Of a DNA stretch of 64,000 nt, positions 38,923-49,192 are shown in pieces. The notes under the pieces are model-generated. The model saw only the letters and a program-made list of their open reading frames with translations. It searched no databases and had not been told where the DNA came from. The position numbers and the translations under genes were made by a program. The first letter of the stretch is position 1, and every line of letters starts with the position of its first letter. Origin of the DNA: Patescibacteria group bacterium (lineage in GTDB: Bacteria > Patescibacteriota > Microgenomatia > UBA1400 > PJMF01); NCBI GenBank assembly GCA_039934415.1, contig JBDTME010000002.1, forward strand, positions 92,746 through 156,745. The letters are read 5' to 3'.

Positions 38923-39990
38923 TTACTCACTTGCTCGTATTTCGATTGGGTCAAGAATAGTGTTATTAAGCTCAAGTTTCTGAGTTGGAAACAGTATACC
39001 TTCTTTCTCTGCTTTCATAAAATACTCACCATTTTTGAGAGGAGTGCTGATGTAAAACTGTCCAATTTTGTTTGTTCTGACTGCGCGAACTGGCATGCCT
39101 TGATCGTCAGCAATTTCAACAATAGCGTTTTCAACGATGTTGCCAACCTGGTCAAACACCATACCGACAACAATGTTGGGTTGTGTTGGTTTCTTGGGAA
39201 AGGGGAGAGTGTCAGATGTTTGAACGTTGAGTGCAGCTGAGTGTTGTGCTGTGGGATCATCAACAACTAGAGAAGCGGCATTAAAAACGTCTACTACTTC
39301 TGAAGTAGTTTCAGGTGCAGGTGCTTCTACCGGAACAGTCACTTCTTCAATACTTGGCGGAAGAGTCTCCGGAATTTGTTCAGCTGTCAATCTTTCGTCT
39401 TCGTAAGGAACATTGGTTTTAAAGAGATTATCAAATTGTTGTAGTGGATGTTGTTGTGCTGTAAGGTCTGGTTTGGTTAGTAGTTCAACGGCATCTACTG
39501 TTTCGACGTGTACAGTGTCGAACAGCGATAGGACCGCACTCATCTGCTGGGCTTCTTGGTATGCCAGTGGATCTAAAGCAGACTCATCTGGAAGAGTGTG
39601 AATATACTCATAAATACGCTGTTGTTTTAAAGGAGATAAATCAAGTTCGTCTTGAAACGTCGTAGTTTCTTTCGTGGTATATGTTAAGTAGTCGGGCAAG
39701 TTACCTGATTTTCTCCAATAAAAGAGTGTTGGTTTATAAATTGCTCGAAATAAAGCGATGAACCATTGGTCGAGTGGACGGCCTTCATAGGGAACGAACG
39801 CGATCATTGCCCCAAGTCCAACGAAAAAAACAATCAGCGGCCACTTGATTACGCTATATAAATTCGTTTGATAAATCACCACTCCTAACAAAATTCCCGC
39901 ACCCAACTCCAAAAACTGCTTGAGCGTCATGTTCCCAATCAGGTGAAATTCGTAGCTAGTGACAGCTTGTGGTATCGGATGATCTTGCAT
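38923..39990 (-). CDS. prgI: PrgI-family protein with C-terminal carboxypeptidase-regulatory-like beta domain
   Basis: HPIPQAVTSYEFHLIGNMTLKQF, two TMs, GRPLDQW; C-terminal GMVFD..G..VENAIVEI...RTNKIGQF. Confidence 0.8.
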   Translation of the reverse strand: MQDHPIPQAVTSYEFHLIGNMTLKQFLELGAGILLGVVIYQTNLYSVIKWPLIVFFVGLGAMIAFVPYEGRPLDQWFIALFRAIYKPTLFYWRKSGNLPDYLTYTTKETTTFQDELDLSPLKQQRIYEYIHTLPDESALDPLAYQEAQQMSAVLSLFDTVHVETVDAVELLTKPDLTAQQHPLQQFDNLFKTNVPYEDERLTAEQIPETLPPSIEEVTVPVEAPAPETTSEVVDVFNAASLVVDDPTAQHSAALNVQTSDTLPFPKKPTQPNIVVGMVFDQVGNIVENAIVEIADDQGMPVRAVRTNKIGQFYISTPLKNGEYFMKAEKEGILFPTQKLELNNTILDPIEIRASE

Positions 39991-40070
39991 AAGAGTTGTA
40001 AGTTATAAGAGGTAAGTTGTAAGGAATAAGTTGTAAGAGAGTTATCTTTTCACTTATAACTTTAACTTAA
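39990..40070. repeat. 7-nt periodic TAAGNNN tandem repeat followed by inverted copies
   Basis: TAAGTTA TAAGAGG TAAGTTG TAAGGAA TAAGTTG TAAGAGA ... CTTAT AACTTT AACTTA. Confidence 0.65.
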
Positions 40071-40078
40071 CCCTTCCC

Positions 40079-41086
40079 TCATTCTACCTTAACGGCTGGT
40101 GAGATAGCTTCGACGTTAAAGATGCTATTGTTTTTGTCTTTTCCAACGCCGTAAAAATGGATGTATGGCAGAATGTATCCATTCTGTTCGTTTTGTCTGT
40201 ACTCCAAGGTGGCCGAGCTAAACTCAACATTGGAGAGGTTCTCGGCATTTGGTTCAATAGCATCAAAGTTTCCTGCGTGAATATAGGTGATGAGACCGGC
40301 AAGCATCCTATCCTCGACTCCACCAAGCCCCAGAGAGTTTACGATTTGTACTTGTTCAAAACTGCTTGGAACAGGATAAAAGCTGATTTCTAAAATACTT
40401 GCATTTTTGTCAACTCTAATGATCGCTGGAGATTGAACCTTATCACTGGAAATGAATGGAATATTGTCTACTAAAGTGTTGAGTGTAATTTTGTACGCAT
40501 TTGTTGAAGCCTCGTCTTTTGCTGGTTCAGTACTTTCTGGATTTACGCTTTGAGGTTCTGGTTCTGAAAGTGTGTAGTTTTGGAACAACTGGTGTTCGTC
40601 GATAAACGACCGAATTTTTTTTGCTATTTCCTCATGAGTTACGGTTGCCGTTTTGGGTAAAGTATCATCTAAAATGCTGAGCAGAATGTCTTTCTTATAC
40701 GCAATGAGTGTCGCGTTGCCACTCGTTGTCAACTGATATTCTTGGTTGGCATCTTGCCAAGCGTTGCTTGTCCCAGGTACTGGAGTAAGCGGAAGTTGCT
40801 TAGCGAGTTTTTGTATGGTTGTTTCAATTGTTTCTGGTTGCAAGGCTTGATAAACAGCCAGCTTGCTAGGCATGCTCATTGTCAAGTTCTTATCGAAAGT
40901 GATTTGTGCTTTATATGTTTTTTCTGTAGTGACCACGGTTTCCGCTGGAGGAGGTGTTGGTGTCAGTGCCTGCAAAATAGCCGAAATAACAACAGCCAAA
41001 CCCATTATTACAATAAACACTCTCAACCATTTCTTCTGAAATAGTTTTGTGATGAATGATGGAAGTTGCAATCGATTATTTTCCAT
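40079..41086 (-). CDS. hypothetical single-TM extracytoplasmic protein in the T4SS-like operon
   Basis: N-terminal TM followed by a beta-rich domain; overlaps the upstream gene end. Confidence 0.7.
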   Translation of the reverse strand: MENNRLQLPSFITKLFQKKWLRVFIVIMGLAVVISAILQALTPTPPPAETVVTTEKTYKAQITFDKNLTMSMPSKLAVYQALQPETIETTIQKLAKQLPLTPVPGTSNAWQDANQEYQLTTSGNATLIAYKKDILLSILDDTLPKTATVTHEEIAKKIRSFIDEHQLFQNYTLSEPEPQSVNPESTEPAKDEASTNAYKITLNTLVDNIPFISSDKVQSPAIIRVDKNASILEISFYPVPSSFEQVQIVNSLGLGGVEDRMLAGLITYIHAGNFDAIEPNAENLSNVEFSSATLEYRQNEQNGYILPYIHFYGVGKDKNNSIFNVEAISPAVKVE

Positions 41087-44000
41087 AATATTCGTCACAT
41101 CTTGGTCCTTCAGGTACTTTGCCAGCAGTGCTGACACCTAATGTTTGAATTAAGGCATAGTCACTCAAACCTCTAATCTCATAGTGTAAGTGATTTCCAT
41201 CAGATGCTCCACCAGGACCATGCGTACTATCAACATGACCTACTAATTGTCCACCCTCAACCGTTTCGCCCACGTGGACGACGATTCCACCATCAATCTG
41301 ATGGGCGTAATAAGAAAGCCAACCACCGTGATCAATGACTAACAGATTGCCAAACGCATTATTGTCACGTTTAGTGGTGACAACTGTAACAACGCCTGGT
41401 GCAGCGGCGTAGATAGGAGTGTTTAATGGAGCCGCAATGTCGTAGGCGTCAGGACGAACTTTGAATCCGCCACAATGACTCCAACTTGGATGTGTAATAC
41501 ATTGTTGAGTTAAAACTGGGTGACTTATGGGACCAGTACCATATGGAAGTTGAGTCACCCTCCCTTTTACAGGCCAACAAGGAGGAACGGTTGTTGTCGG
41601 ACAATCTCCAAAACAGGTCTGTGCCCGACTGGTACTGCTGTCAGCTTGACCAGCTGCGGTGATGTTTGCCTTAATATCATTTTTGACCAAAGAATCACTA
41701 AAACGAGAGTCTGATGCATCGACGGTGAATTGAAGATGAATCGGCTGATCTGCTGTGAGTGGTTGGCCTGCCAAAGCAGCGAGTTGGTCAGTGAGTTCCT
41801 GAGGGAGAGCTGGCGGATCAATCACGTTCGAATCTTTATCAATTGCACTCATAGTATCTGTGAGTCCCGTAATGACGATCTCTTCCGTTGCCTCAGGTTT
41901 TTTGGAGAGGTCAATTGTGTATGTGATCGGACCTTGCGCATTAGAGTTGCTGGGTTGGGCAGTTTTTTTCAAAGTGATGTATCGCGATTCGTCAGCATCT
42001 AGCGAAAAGTATGGTGCGACTTGAGTGACGCTGGCATCGGGGAGGAAAGCGCTTAGGATCATGGATGTGGTGAAGATGTTTGCGATGACAATAGTTACTA
42101 GTGGGATGCCAACGGCAGCAGCTATAGTAGCCGTAGAGCCTGTGATACCTTGTGCAGTCAGTGTCTGTGCAGCTCCTTCTAAGAAGCCTGTAGTTTGACC
42201 CGCTGCAGTTGAAACTGCCGGTCTGGCAAAGTTGCTTAGTGCAGCTTTAGTACTTGATGGAAGAGCGCTCGCATAACTAGATGTACTTCCGGCATCAGAG
42301 GCGCCTTTCATAAATCCTGCTATGCCGCCCGCGATTGCTCCAACACTTGCCCCGATGGCTGTTCCAACCACTGGAAAAAAAGAGCCAATGATTCCACCGG
42401 CCACGGCACCACCAGCCACACCACCAAGTGTTGTGCCTGCCACACCCTGCACCATGTTTGTGATGATTCCGTAAATGGCTGCACCAGTTCCGGCAGCACC
42501 ACCAACGACAAGCACACCTTTTTTAAGCTGTGATGAGCCAATTTTTGTAGCCGTCCCCTGAAGACTAGCGGCATTGAGATTTCCTATGCCCTTGGCTCTG
42601 CCTAACCAGTCTCTTAAATTACTTAATCCTTGAACATTTCCTACCTGTGGAGCGTTCCAAGATTGATGTGGGACTGCTGTGTCATATAAAGCCTTATTGA
42701 AAGCCGCACGACCTTGATTGTCGAGCTGAGTTTGTCCTGCCGGAAGAAATTGCTGGCGATCAACCCCCAACATATTGCTGTAAAAGACTTGTTCTTGTTC
42801 ATCAAGATTGTTAATTTGTGCCTGTAACTGGTTGAGATACTGATTGCGAACGTAGAGCGCCTCAGCTCTCAGAAATTTTTCTTGTTCTGAAGCTTCTGCT
42901 GGAGTAATTGCCAAATCTCGAGTGAAAAAAGCATGAGCCAGAACTTTATCTGTATTGGCTTTATATTTGGGGGAATACGTTTTGATCAATTCTCGATATT
43001 GCTCCGTGGAAAGAGAGAGGGGTGTTGTCTCTCCGGGCTCAAGGCTATGAGTAAGTAAATTATTTTGGGTGTAGTTTGCCAACGCATGTTTTCGTTGCGC
43101 GACGTACGACTCCATGATCTGTAAAACCTCTTGATTGTTTCTGAGACTAGGATCGAGCTCGTTGAGCATGACCTTAAGATTGTCAGAGAGGAGATGAGGA
43201 CTACCGAGTGATAACGCGTAAGAATCAAGAGTATTGAGAATATTTATTTCAGCGGAGCCATCTTTATTATAAGTTCGTAATAAAGAGACGAGCGCTTCTT
43301 TGGGATTGTCTTTGCTGAAGCGTTGAAACTTGGCAAAGTTTTCGAAGTTGGCTTGAGTTACTGTTTTGCCATTTGTCTGCAATTGTTTGAGATAGACATC
43401 TATTTGTCCGAGCAGTTTTTTGCGTTCATCTGCTCCGAGAGAAAAAATGTTTTCTGGAAAGATCTGACGGAGTTCAAGAGGATCTAAGGCAGAGATTCCA
43501 GTCCCTTTCGTTCTTGGAGCTCGTCTCAAAATTTCATCGCCGAGGTTTTCGATTGACTCTGCAGAAACCATTGCTTCAAAAGTCGCAATTTGCTTGAGTT
43601 GCTTTTTAAACTCTTGTTTGGCGAGTTCTGAGTAATCTTGTGGAGCATCTTCTGAGTCGATTTTTTCTGAAAAGAGTTGGGTGGCATCCTCGGCAGTTTT
43701 AAGTGATCCTTTGAAACTCGTGTCGTTAAAAGCCTTGAGTTCAAACTTCTCTTTTAAAATTTCAGTTTTTAAGAGAAAGTACTCGTTGTTGCATAAGCGC
43801 TTATAAATTTGATCAACGTGTGAAAGCAGTTGTTGTCGGATCGTAATTCTGTCGGTGATTGATAGCCGGCCAGATTCAGCAAGTAGCAATGCGAATTGAG
43901 GGTTTTCTTGAAGATAGAGAGAAATGACTCCTGCAATATCCTCTTGGAGCGAGAATAATTGAAAGTCGAGTTGTCTTTGTTCATCGGCTGGTAGTTTGTT

Positions 44001-44771
44001 GTAAAACGTTCGCCAATCAGCGACATCTAGAGCCGAGTTCAACACTTCATTCATCAGGGCGCCAGAGTCTCTCCAACCTTCTTGAGCGGCGATTTTTTGA
44101 ACTTCAAATGGTGAGGGAGGTGTTTGTTCGTCCGTGCGGGGTACATTCTGAGCGTCATTTTCTGCTGGAGTTTGTTCTGTCTGAGATTTCCTGAAAGCGC
44201 CACCGCCGACATAACTCCCATCGACTTCTTTCTCAGATTTGTCTTTGGTTTTTTCTTCGTTTGCTTGAGCTTCGTCTGGAGCTGCTTCCCCAGATATTTT
44301 TCGTGCGATTAAATCCTCACTGATACTCCTCAATAGTTGGAGAGCGTTGTTTTCTTTGAGCAAGTACCGTCGGACATATTCATCGCGATTGAGTATGTCA
44401 CTTTCTGATTTCTCGTCATTGGGAAGGAAAAACAAGGGCATTTTTTCAAATACTTTTGGATTCTTCCGGTTAACTTCAGTGAAGATGAGATTTAAAAAAT
44501 AGCGAACTTGGTTTTTATCCTCCGCTGCTTCGGATGCAGTAAAGATTGAGTTGAATCGGGTAGGAATAGTTTGGTTGACCTTGCTACTCACTAGTTCATC
44601 TAAAGTGTCGACGATTTCATCTAGAAAATCAGGGAACTCTGGAAGTGCCAGTACTGTTTCTAGGGAGAGCGGGTCGAAATCAACTTTGTGTTTTTCTAGC
44701 TCGTCGATATACGTGGATAGCGCACTAGAATTCAGAAGCGTCGATGGTTGTTCAAATACCGTAGTTGCCAT
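41076..44771 (-). CDS. large membrane protein: helical N-terminus, Gly-zipper hydrophobic region, Ig-like domain, C-terminal M23 peptidase
   Basis: GxxxG repeats; ITLKKTA...ITYTIDL; YDIAAPLNTPIYAAAPG, FGNLLVIDH, YYAH, HLHYEIR. Confidence 0.8.
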   Translation of the reverse strand: MATTVFEQPSTLLNSSALSTYIDELEKHKVDFDPLSLETVLALPEFPDFLDEIVDTLDELVSSKVNQTIPTRFNSIFTASEAAEDKNQVRYFLNLIFTEVNRKNPKVFEKMPLFFLPNDEKSESDILNRDEYVRRYLLKENNALQLLRSISEDLIARKISGEAAPDEAQANEEKTKDKSEKEVDGSYVGGGAFRKSQTEQTPAENDAQNVPRTDEQTPPSPFEVQKIAAQEGWRDSGALMNEVLNSALDVADWRTFYNKLPADEQRQLDFQLFSLQEDIAGVISLYLQENPQFALLLAESGRLSITDRITIRQQLLSHVDQIYKRLCNNEYFLLKTEILKEKFELKAFNDTSFKGSLKTAEDATQLFSEKIDSEDAPQDYSELAKQEFKKQLKQIATFEAMVSAESIENLGDEILRRAPRTKGTGISALDPLELRQIFPENIFSLGADERKKLLGQIDVYLKQLQTNGKTVTQANFENFAKFQRFSKDNPKEALVSLLRTYNKDGSAEINILNTLDSYALSLGSPHLLSDNLKVMLNELDPSLRNNQEVLQIMESYVAQRKHALANYTQNNLLTHSLEPGETTPLSLSTEQYRELIKTYSPKYKANTDKVLAHAFFTRDLAITPAEASEQEKFLRAEALYVRNQYLNQLQAQINNLDEQEQVFYSNMLGVDRQQFLPAGQTQLDNQGRAAFNKALYDTAVPHQSWNAPQVGNVQGLSNLRDWLGRAKGIGNLNAASLQGTATKIGSSQLKKGVLVVGGAAGTGAAIYGIITNMVQGVAGTTLGGVAGGAVAGGIIGSFFPVVGTAIGASVGAIAGGIAGFMKGASDAGSTSSYASALPSSTKAALSNFARPAVSTAAGQTTGFLEGAAQTLTAQGITGSTATIAAAVGIPLVTIVIANIFTTSMILSAFLPDASVTQVAPYFSLDADESRYITLKKTAQPSNSNAQGPITYTIDLSKKPEATEEIVITGLTDTMSAIDKDSNVIDPPALPQELTDQLAALAGQPLTADQPIHLQFTVDASDSRFSDSLVKNDIKANITAAGQADSSTSRAQTCFGDCPTTTVPPCWPVKGRVTQLPYGTGPISHPVLTQQCITHPSWSHCGGFKVRPDAYDIAAPLNTPIYAAAPGVVTVVTTKRDNNAFGNLLVIDHGGWLSYYAHQIDGGIVVHVGETVEGGQLVGHVDSTHGPGGASDGNHLHYEIRGLSDYALIQTLGVSTAGKVPEGPRCDEYYGK

Positions 44772-44876
44772 GTAGGGAAATTATACCTTGACAACCAGTG
44801 TGGAGGTAGGGGAGATGACTAGTTAAGTAGAATCATGACTTTCAGATGAATACCACGAGGTTTTTGTGTAAAGAGA

Positions 44877-45134
44877 TTAGTAGACTTCTTCGTGCGTGCC
44901 AATGTCGATGAAGAAGATGACATCCTCTTCTTGTAAAAAAAGAATTCTGACACTCATATTTACGTAGGCTGACACGACTTCAGTGTTTTTTAATTTATGT
45001 AGTTTTAAAGAAGGATGTTTTGGATTGTTCTTTATTAGCTTGATAGTTTTATTTACTCGGTATTCCCAATCTGTGTTCTTCTTAATGAGCTTTTGCAGCT
45101 TCTTGGCAAAAGATGCCGAAAAAATTAAACGCAT
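44877..45134 (-). CDS. RelE/YafQ/HigB-family mRNA interferase toxin
   Basis: FSASFAKKLQKL, HPSLKLHKL, VRILF, IDIGTHEEVY. Confidence 0.85.
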   Translation of the reverse strand: MRLIFSASFAKKLQKLIKKNTDWEYRVNKTIKLIKNNPKHPSLKLHKLKNTEVVSAYVNMSVRILFLQEEDVIFFIDIGTHEEVY

Positions 45135-45136
45135 AT

Positions 45137-45373
45137 TTATTTGAGTGAGTCGAAGAATTTATCAACGTCTTCATCTGTTTCCAAAACAGTACTTTTACCT
45201 ATAGCGTAATCCCTTTTGGCTTCTTTGATCAGATCTTCGTAGGGATCTTTTTGAACGAGTCTTCGGAGAGCGTCACGAATAACATCACTAAATGAGCTGT
45301 AAAAACCTAAGTCAACGAGTTCTTCGGCCTGAGCCTTGAGTTGTGCTGGTAGGGAGATGTTGATGGTAGCCAT
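45137..45373 (-). CDS. ribbon-helix-helix antitoxin
   Basis: MATINISLP...GFYSSFSDVIRDALRRL, directly upstream of the toxin. Confidence 0.85.
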   Translation of the reverse strand: MATINISLPAQLKAQAEELVDLGFYSSFSDVIRDALRRLVQKDPYEDLIKEAKRDYAIGKSTVLETDEDVDKFFDSLK

Positions 45374-45414
45374 ATGCATCATTATACAATAATTATACAA
45401 AAAATCAACAAAAA

Positions 45415-46230
45415 CTATACAATTGCGAATGTCTTGGCTAGTGTTTTGGGGATTTGGTTGGCCAAATCAGTGGAGTTGAAAAAAGGGCCAACTGTTTTAT
45501 AGAGCTCATCACCTGCGTGTTTGTTTACATAGCTGGCAACGACAGCCGCTGCAAATGGATTATCAGTAAATGCATAGAGTCCAGCTACGAGCCCAGCCAA
45601 GACATCACCTGTTCCTCCTTTGGTCATGCCTTCGTTACCACCTTCAACTAGGATTTTTTGTTCAGCATTGAAAACTTCGTCAACTTTTCCTTTTAACAAA
45701 ATAGTGGGATGTTCCGAGAGTTCTGCAAACGGATATCCTTCAGTGTTTTTTCTTCCAACTTTTTCCAGTAGCCAGGCATACTCTTGGTGATGCGGGGTAA
45801 TGATCGTCTTATTTGTAAAGAGTTTTGGATCAATCATCTGTAGCGCACCAGCATCGATGACCCATTTCTCATTCGGATATTTGGAAAGCAAGTGAGTGGT
45901 GATTTTCTCGGTTTCGTCATTACGCACCATCCCTGGTCCGATCAAAACAACATCAGCTTCTTGAATGTAATCTTCAACATTTTCGCGAGGGACGACGATA
46001 CCATTGTGGAAGTGTTCTTTTGATTCTTTGATCAAATCATTGTTCTCAGGCACCGAAGAGTAAAACACCATGTCGACCATGCGTGAGACGACGAGCAAAC
46101 TCCATTGACTGGCGGCATGAAACAATTCGCTGCCACCAATCACCATGACTTTGCCATTCTGACCTTTATGAGAATCCGGACGAGGTAAATTGATTTGTGA
46201 CAAGTAGAGTTGAAGTTCTGATGGAGTCAT
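45415..46230 (-). CDS. nnrD: ADP-dependent NAD(P)H-hydrate dehydratase (YjeF C-terminal)
   Basis: SHKGQNGKVMVIGGS, LIGPG, VIDAGAL, ITPHHQE, GGTGDVLAG. Confidence 0.9.
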   Translation of the reverse strand: MTPSELQLYLSQINLPRPDSHKGQNGKVMVIGGSELFHAASQWSLLVVSRMVDMVFYSSVPENNDLIKESKEHFHNGIVVPRENVEDYIQEADVVLIGPGMVRNDETEKITTHLLSKYPNEKWVIDAGALQMIDPKLFTNKTIITPHHQEYAWLLEKVGRKNTEGYPFAELSEHPTILLKGKVDEVFNAEQKILVEGGNEGMTKGGTGDVLAGLVAGLYAFTDNPFAAAVVASYVNKHAGDELYKTVGPFFNSTDLANQIPKTLAKTFAIV

Positions 46231-46261
46231 CTGGATTATAGTTCATTATAATTTGTGAAGC

Positions 46262-47365
46262 TTACAGCCTGATTATATCAGCGTTTTTCAGCTCTGGCAT
46301 TTGTAGGACTTCTTCTTCAGCGCTGGTCATAATAGTTTGAGTGGTTTTGGCGAGTTCGAGTACACGCAGACGATTTTCTTTATCGAGTTCTGAAAAAATA
46401 TCATCTAGGAGGAGCAGTGGAGTTTTGCCGAGTGTTTTGCGGATAATTTCAAATGACCCGAGTTTGAGCCAGAGCACGCCCATCCGTTGTTGACCACGGG
46501 AGCCATGCGTGAAGAGCGGTGATCTGACTGAGTGAGAATTTTTAACAATTGAAAATTGTACAATAATGTCGTCTTTATGCGGACCGACCAGTGTGTGACC
46601 GGCTGCGATTTCTTGGTTTGAGTATTGTTCGAGGCGAGCAGGACTCAACAAAGAAAGATCATACTCGATCTGAAATTGGAGTGGGAACTCAATGCCGTTT
46701 AAATGGTCGATGAGTTCGCGTCGCTTATCTTGTAGATACATGCCATGTTTTAACAAGGATAAATTCCAAAAGCTTAGAGTCGTACGCGGTGCCTCGCCTT
46801 CACGAATTTGTTGTAATAATCGATTACGTCTTCGCAAGGTTTGTTCATAAGTAGACAGAGCAGTCAAGTATTGTTGATCAATTTGAGTAAGAACTGTGTC
46901 TAAAAATTCGCGGCGCCGAGACGGGCTACCGGTAATTAACCGAAGATCCTCTGGAATAAATGCGATAGTGGGAACTAAACCCACAATGCCGCGTTTTTGT
47001 TTGCGCACGCCATTGAGGGAAAAGATTTTTTTGGAGACTCGTTTACCAGAAACGAGGCCAGGATTGAGCAACAGTTCAATTTCTAATTGTTCGCTCTCTT
47101 CATTGGCTTGGTGTGTCTTTTCTGTTTGATGATCGTTGAGTAGCGTTTTCATCTTAATCCGGGCCAACTCTTGTTCGACTTCGATAAAATCATCGACAGT
47201 TCCTGACCGAAAGCTTTCGCCTGTAGATAGTAAGTGGATCGCTTCTAGTAAATTGGTTTTGCCGAACGCGTTGGGTGCTACAAACACCGTTAATGGTTTG
47301 GTAAATAAAAACGTTTTGTTTTGATAATTACGAAAGTGCTGAAGAGAGACGCCTGTGAGAAACAT
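46262..47365 (-). CDS. recF: DNA replication/repair protein RecF
   Basis: FRNY, PNAFGKTNLLEAI, RRREFLD, GPHKDD, GSRGQQR, LLLLDDIFSELD. Confidence 0.95.
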   Translation of the reverse strand: MFLTGVSLQHFRNYQNKTFLFTKPLTVFVAPNAFGKTNLLEAIHLLSTGESFRSGTVDDFIEVEQELARIKMKTLLNDHQTEKTHQANEESEQLEIELLLNPGLVSGKRVSKKIFSLNGVRKQKRGIVGLVPTIAFIPEDLRLITGSPSRRREFLDTVLTQIDQQYLTALSTYEQTLRRRNRLLQQIREGEAPRTTLSFWNLSLLKHGMYLQDKRRELIDHLNGIEFPLQFQIEYDLSLLSPARLEQYSNQEIAAGHTLVGPHKDDIIVQFSIVKNSHSVRSPLFTHGSRGQQRMGVLWLKLGSFEIIRKTLGKTPLLLLDDIFSELDKENRLRVLELAKTTQTIMTSAEEEVLQMPELKNADIIRL

Positions 47366-47380
47366 GTCAGGATAATAACA

Positions 47381-49138
47381 TTATTTTCGTTCGATACCGT
47401 AGAGGTTGCTTTTCAAAGAGATGCGACCGGGAGCTCGTAGATTAAAAATTTCTTTAAATTCACTACTACTCATTCGAAGTTCGCCACGATTAGTTTGGAA
47501 CACAACTGAAGATGTCGTGCCAGCAGAGGAGTGTTCCACTTTGACTGAAGAGATGGAACTGTATGCACCACCTTTGCTATCTGCTCTCGACTTCATCTCA
47601 TCAATGCTCCATGAATCGCTTCCCCAACATGGTCCGAGTGGTCCAACTTTATCGGCGTCGCCTCCACCAGCTTTACGGACAACCCAAGCATTTAAGATAT
47701 CTGCCATCTCATTTTCGCGTAACCAAGGTGAATCTTTACCACAAGTATCACCCCCGCGAGTGGTGTACCACGCTTTGTAAAACCAAGGACTACCACCTTT
47801 TTTCTCATATGCTCCATCAGTCCAGTTTGACCAGTCTGAAGTGGAGTCCCAAAGACCAGGAACACTATGGCCAACCGAAGTATATCCAAGCAAATGTCCG
47901 CCAGCCGTACTAGCATACATGGTACTAAATACGTCGCCTGTGGCTTTACTGACGAGCACTTTTCCTTTGGTGGCATTAACTGCATCGTGCCACGCGCCAC
48001 CGGCTTGGAACTTGCTGGATTTATAGACCTGACACGCTTCGGTGACACAAATTGAGCCTTTGAGTGACTGGTTTCCCATGCGCCACCCCAAGTACGAGAG
48101 AGCATAGGTACGAGCGGCGATGGCTTGGGCTTTGAGCGCTTCAGAGTTCCAACTCCCTGGCATTTCTGCGATGCCTTTTAGGTACTGATTTTCAAATGGC
48201 ATAGTGCCGACAGAAGTGGCAACGGTGTCTGGCATCGACACATCTTTTATTTCGACGTCACCGTAATATGCTTTGAGAATTTGTTCGTAACTTTGGCCGG
48301 ACTCGGCTCTTCCTTTGGCTCCGTATTGACTCATACCTTTAAAATGTGGCGCGCCAAAACTAAACACCGCAAACGCAGGTGAAAATCCTGGATTGTAACT
48401 CGGAAGCGATTTTGGATCACCGCCCTCTGGAACCTCTCCGACTGAAGTTGTGGCGGTCCCGGCTTTGCTGGCGATAATTTGTTGCTGTTGTGCTGTTAGA
48501 CTTGCGATTTTGCCAGAAACTTCTGATTGATAGGTTTTGGCTTTAGAAATTTCCACATCAAAAAACTTTTTCTGCTCATTGAGAGTGATCTGGAGGGCGG
48601 CCAGTTTTTTTTGGTCATCCTCGAGTTTCTTTTTGTCGGTTTGTAGGTTGATGATGTCTTGAGCTGTGGATTGAATAATGCTTTTGTCTTGATCTTGAGC
48701 AGAGGCTTTATATGCCAAGTCTCGTGTGATGTTTTGTAAATCACCTTGTGCAAAAAAAATCATAAATGGCGATGGCGATTTACTTCGTTTGTAGCGTTCT
48801 GAGACTCGATAGGAGAAAAGAGCAATTGTGTCGGCGAGGTCATCTTCTCGCTGTGTGATATTGACAGCCAGTTTTCCGGCGTTTTTTTTGGCCGAATCGA
48901 TACCGGATTGGGCGTTTTTGACGCGTTGGGACAGAGAAGTGGCTTGTTGCTCCAAAGGTTTCGTCGCATCCTCAGACTGCTTTTTCATTTTTTCCAACTC
49001 ATTGATCTGATTTTGCAACTCTTCGACTGGGTCGATGGCGCGAGTCGCGGTTGGGAGGAGGGAGCAAGAAGTAAGGAGGATACCAATGACGAGAAGGCGA
49101 AAAAAGTGTGGTGGTCGAAAATGGTTTGAAGTGGGCAT
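47381..49138 (-). CDS. SpoIID/LytB-domain peptidoglycan hydrolase with N-terminal coiled coil
   Basis: signal peptide, coiled coil, HFKGMSQYGA, YLKGIAEMPGSW..EALKAQAIAARTY, CQVY. Confidence 0.85.
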   Translation of the reverse strand: MPTSNHFRPPHFFRLLVIGILLTSCSLLPTATRAIDPVEELQNQINELEKMKKQSEDATKPLEQQATSLSQRVKNAQSGIDSAKKNAGKLAVNITQREDDLADTIALFSYRVSERYKRSKSPSPFMIFFAQGDLQNITRDLAYKASAQDQDKSIIQSTAQDIINLQTDKKKLEDDQKKLAALQITLNEQKKFFDVEISKAKTYQSEVSGKIASLTAQQQQIIASKAGTATTSVGEVPEGGDPKSLPSYNPGFSPAFAVFSFGAPHFKGMSQYGAKGRAESGQSYEQILKAYYGDVEIKDVSMPDTVATSVGTMPFENQYLKGIAEMPGSWNSEALKAQAIAARTYALSYLGWRMGNQSLKGSICVTEACQVYKSSKFQAGGAWHDAVNATKGKVLVSKATGDVFSTMYASTAGGHLLGYTSVGHSVPGLWDSTSDWSNWTDGAYEKKGGSPWFYKAWYTTRGGDTCGKDSPWLRENEMADILNAWVVRKAGGGDADKVGPLGPCWGSDSWSIDEMKSRADSKGGAYSSISSVKVEHSSAGTTSSVVFQTNRGELRMSSSEFKEIFNLRAPGRISLKSNLYGIERK

Positions 49139-49192
49139 GAGTTGACTTGCTTATCTTATCACTTTTGGAGCAAATTTCGCTGAAATAATATG

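Noticed and set aside
39990-40070. CRISPR-like repeat
   Set aside because: 7-nt units without unique spacers; no cas genes in the window
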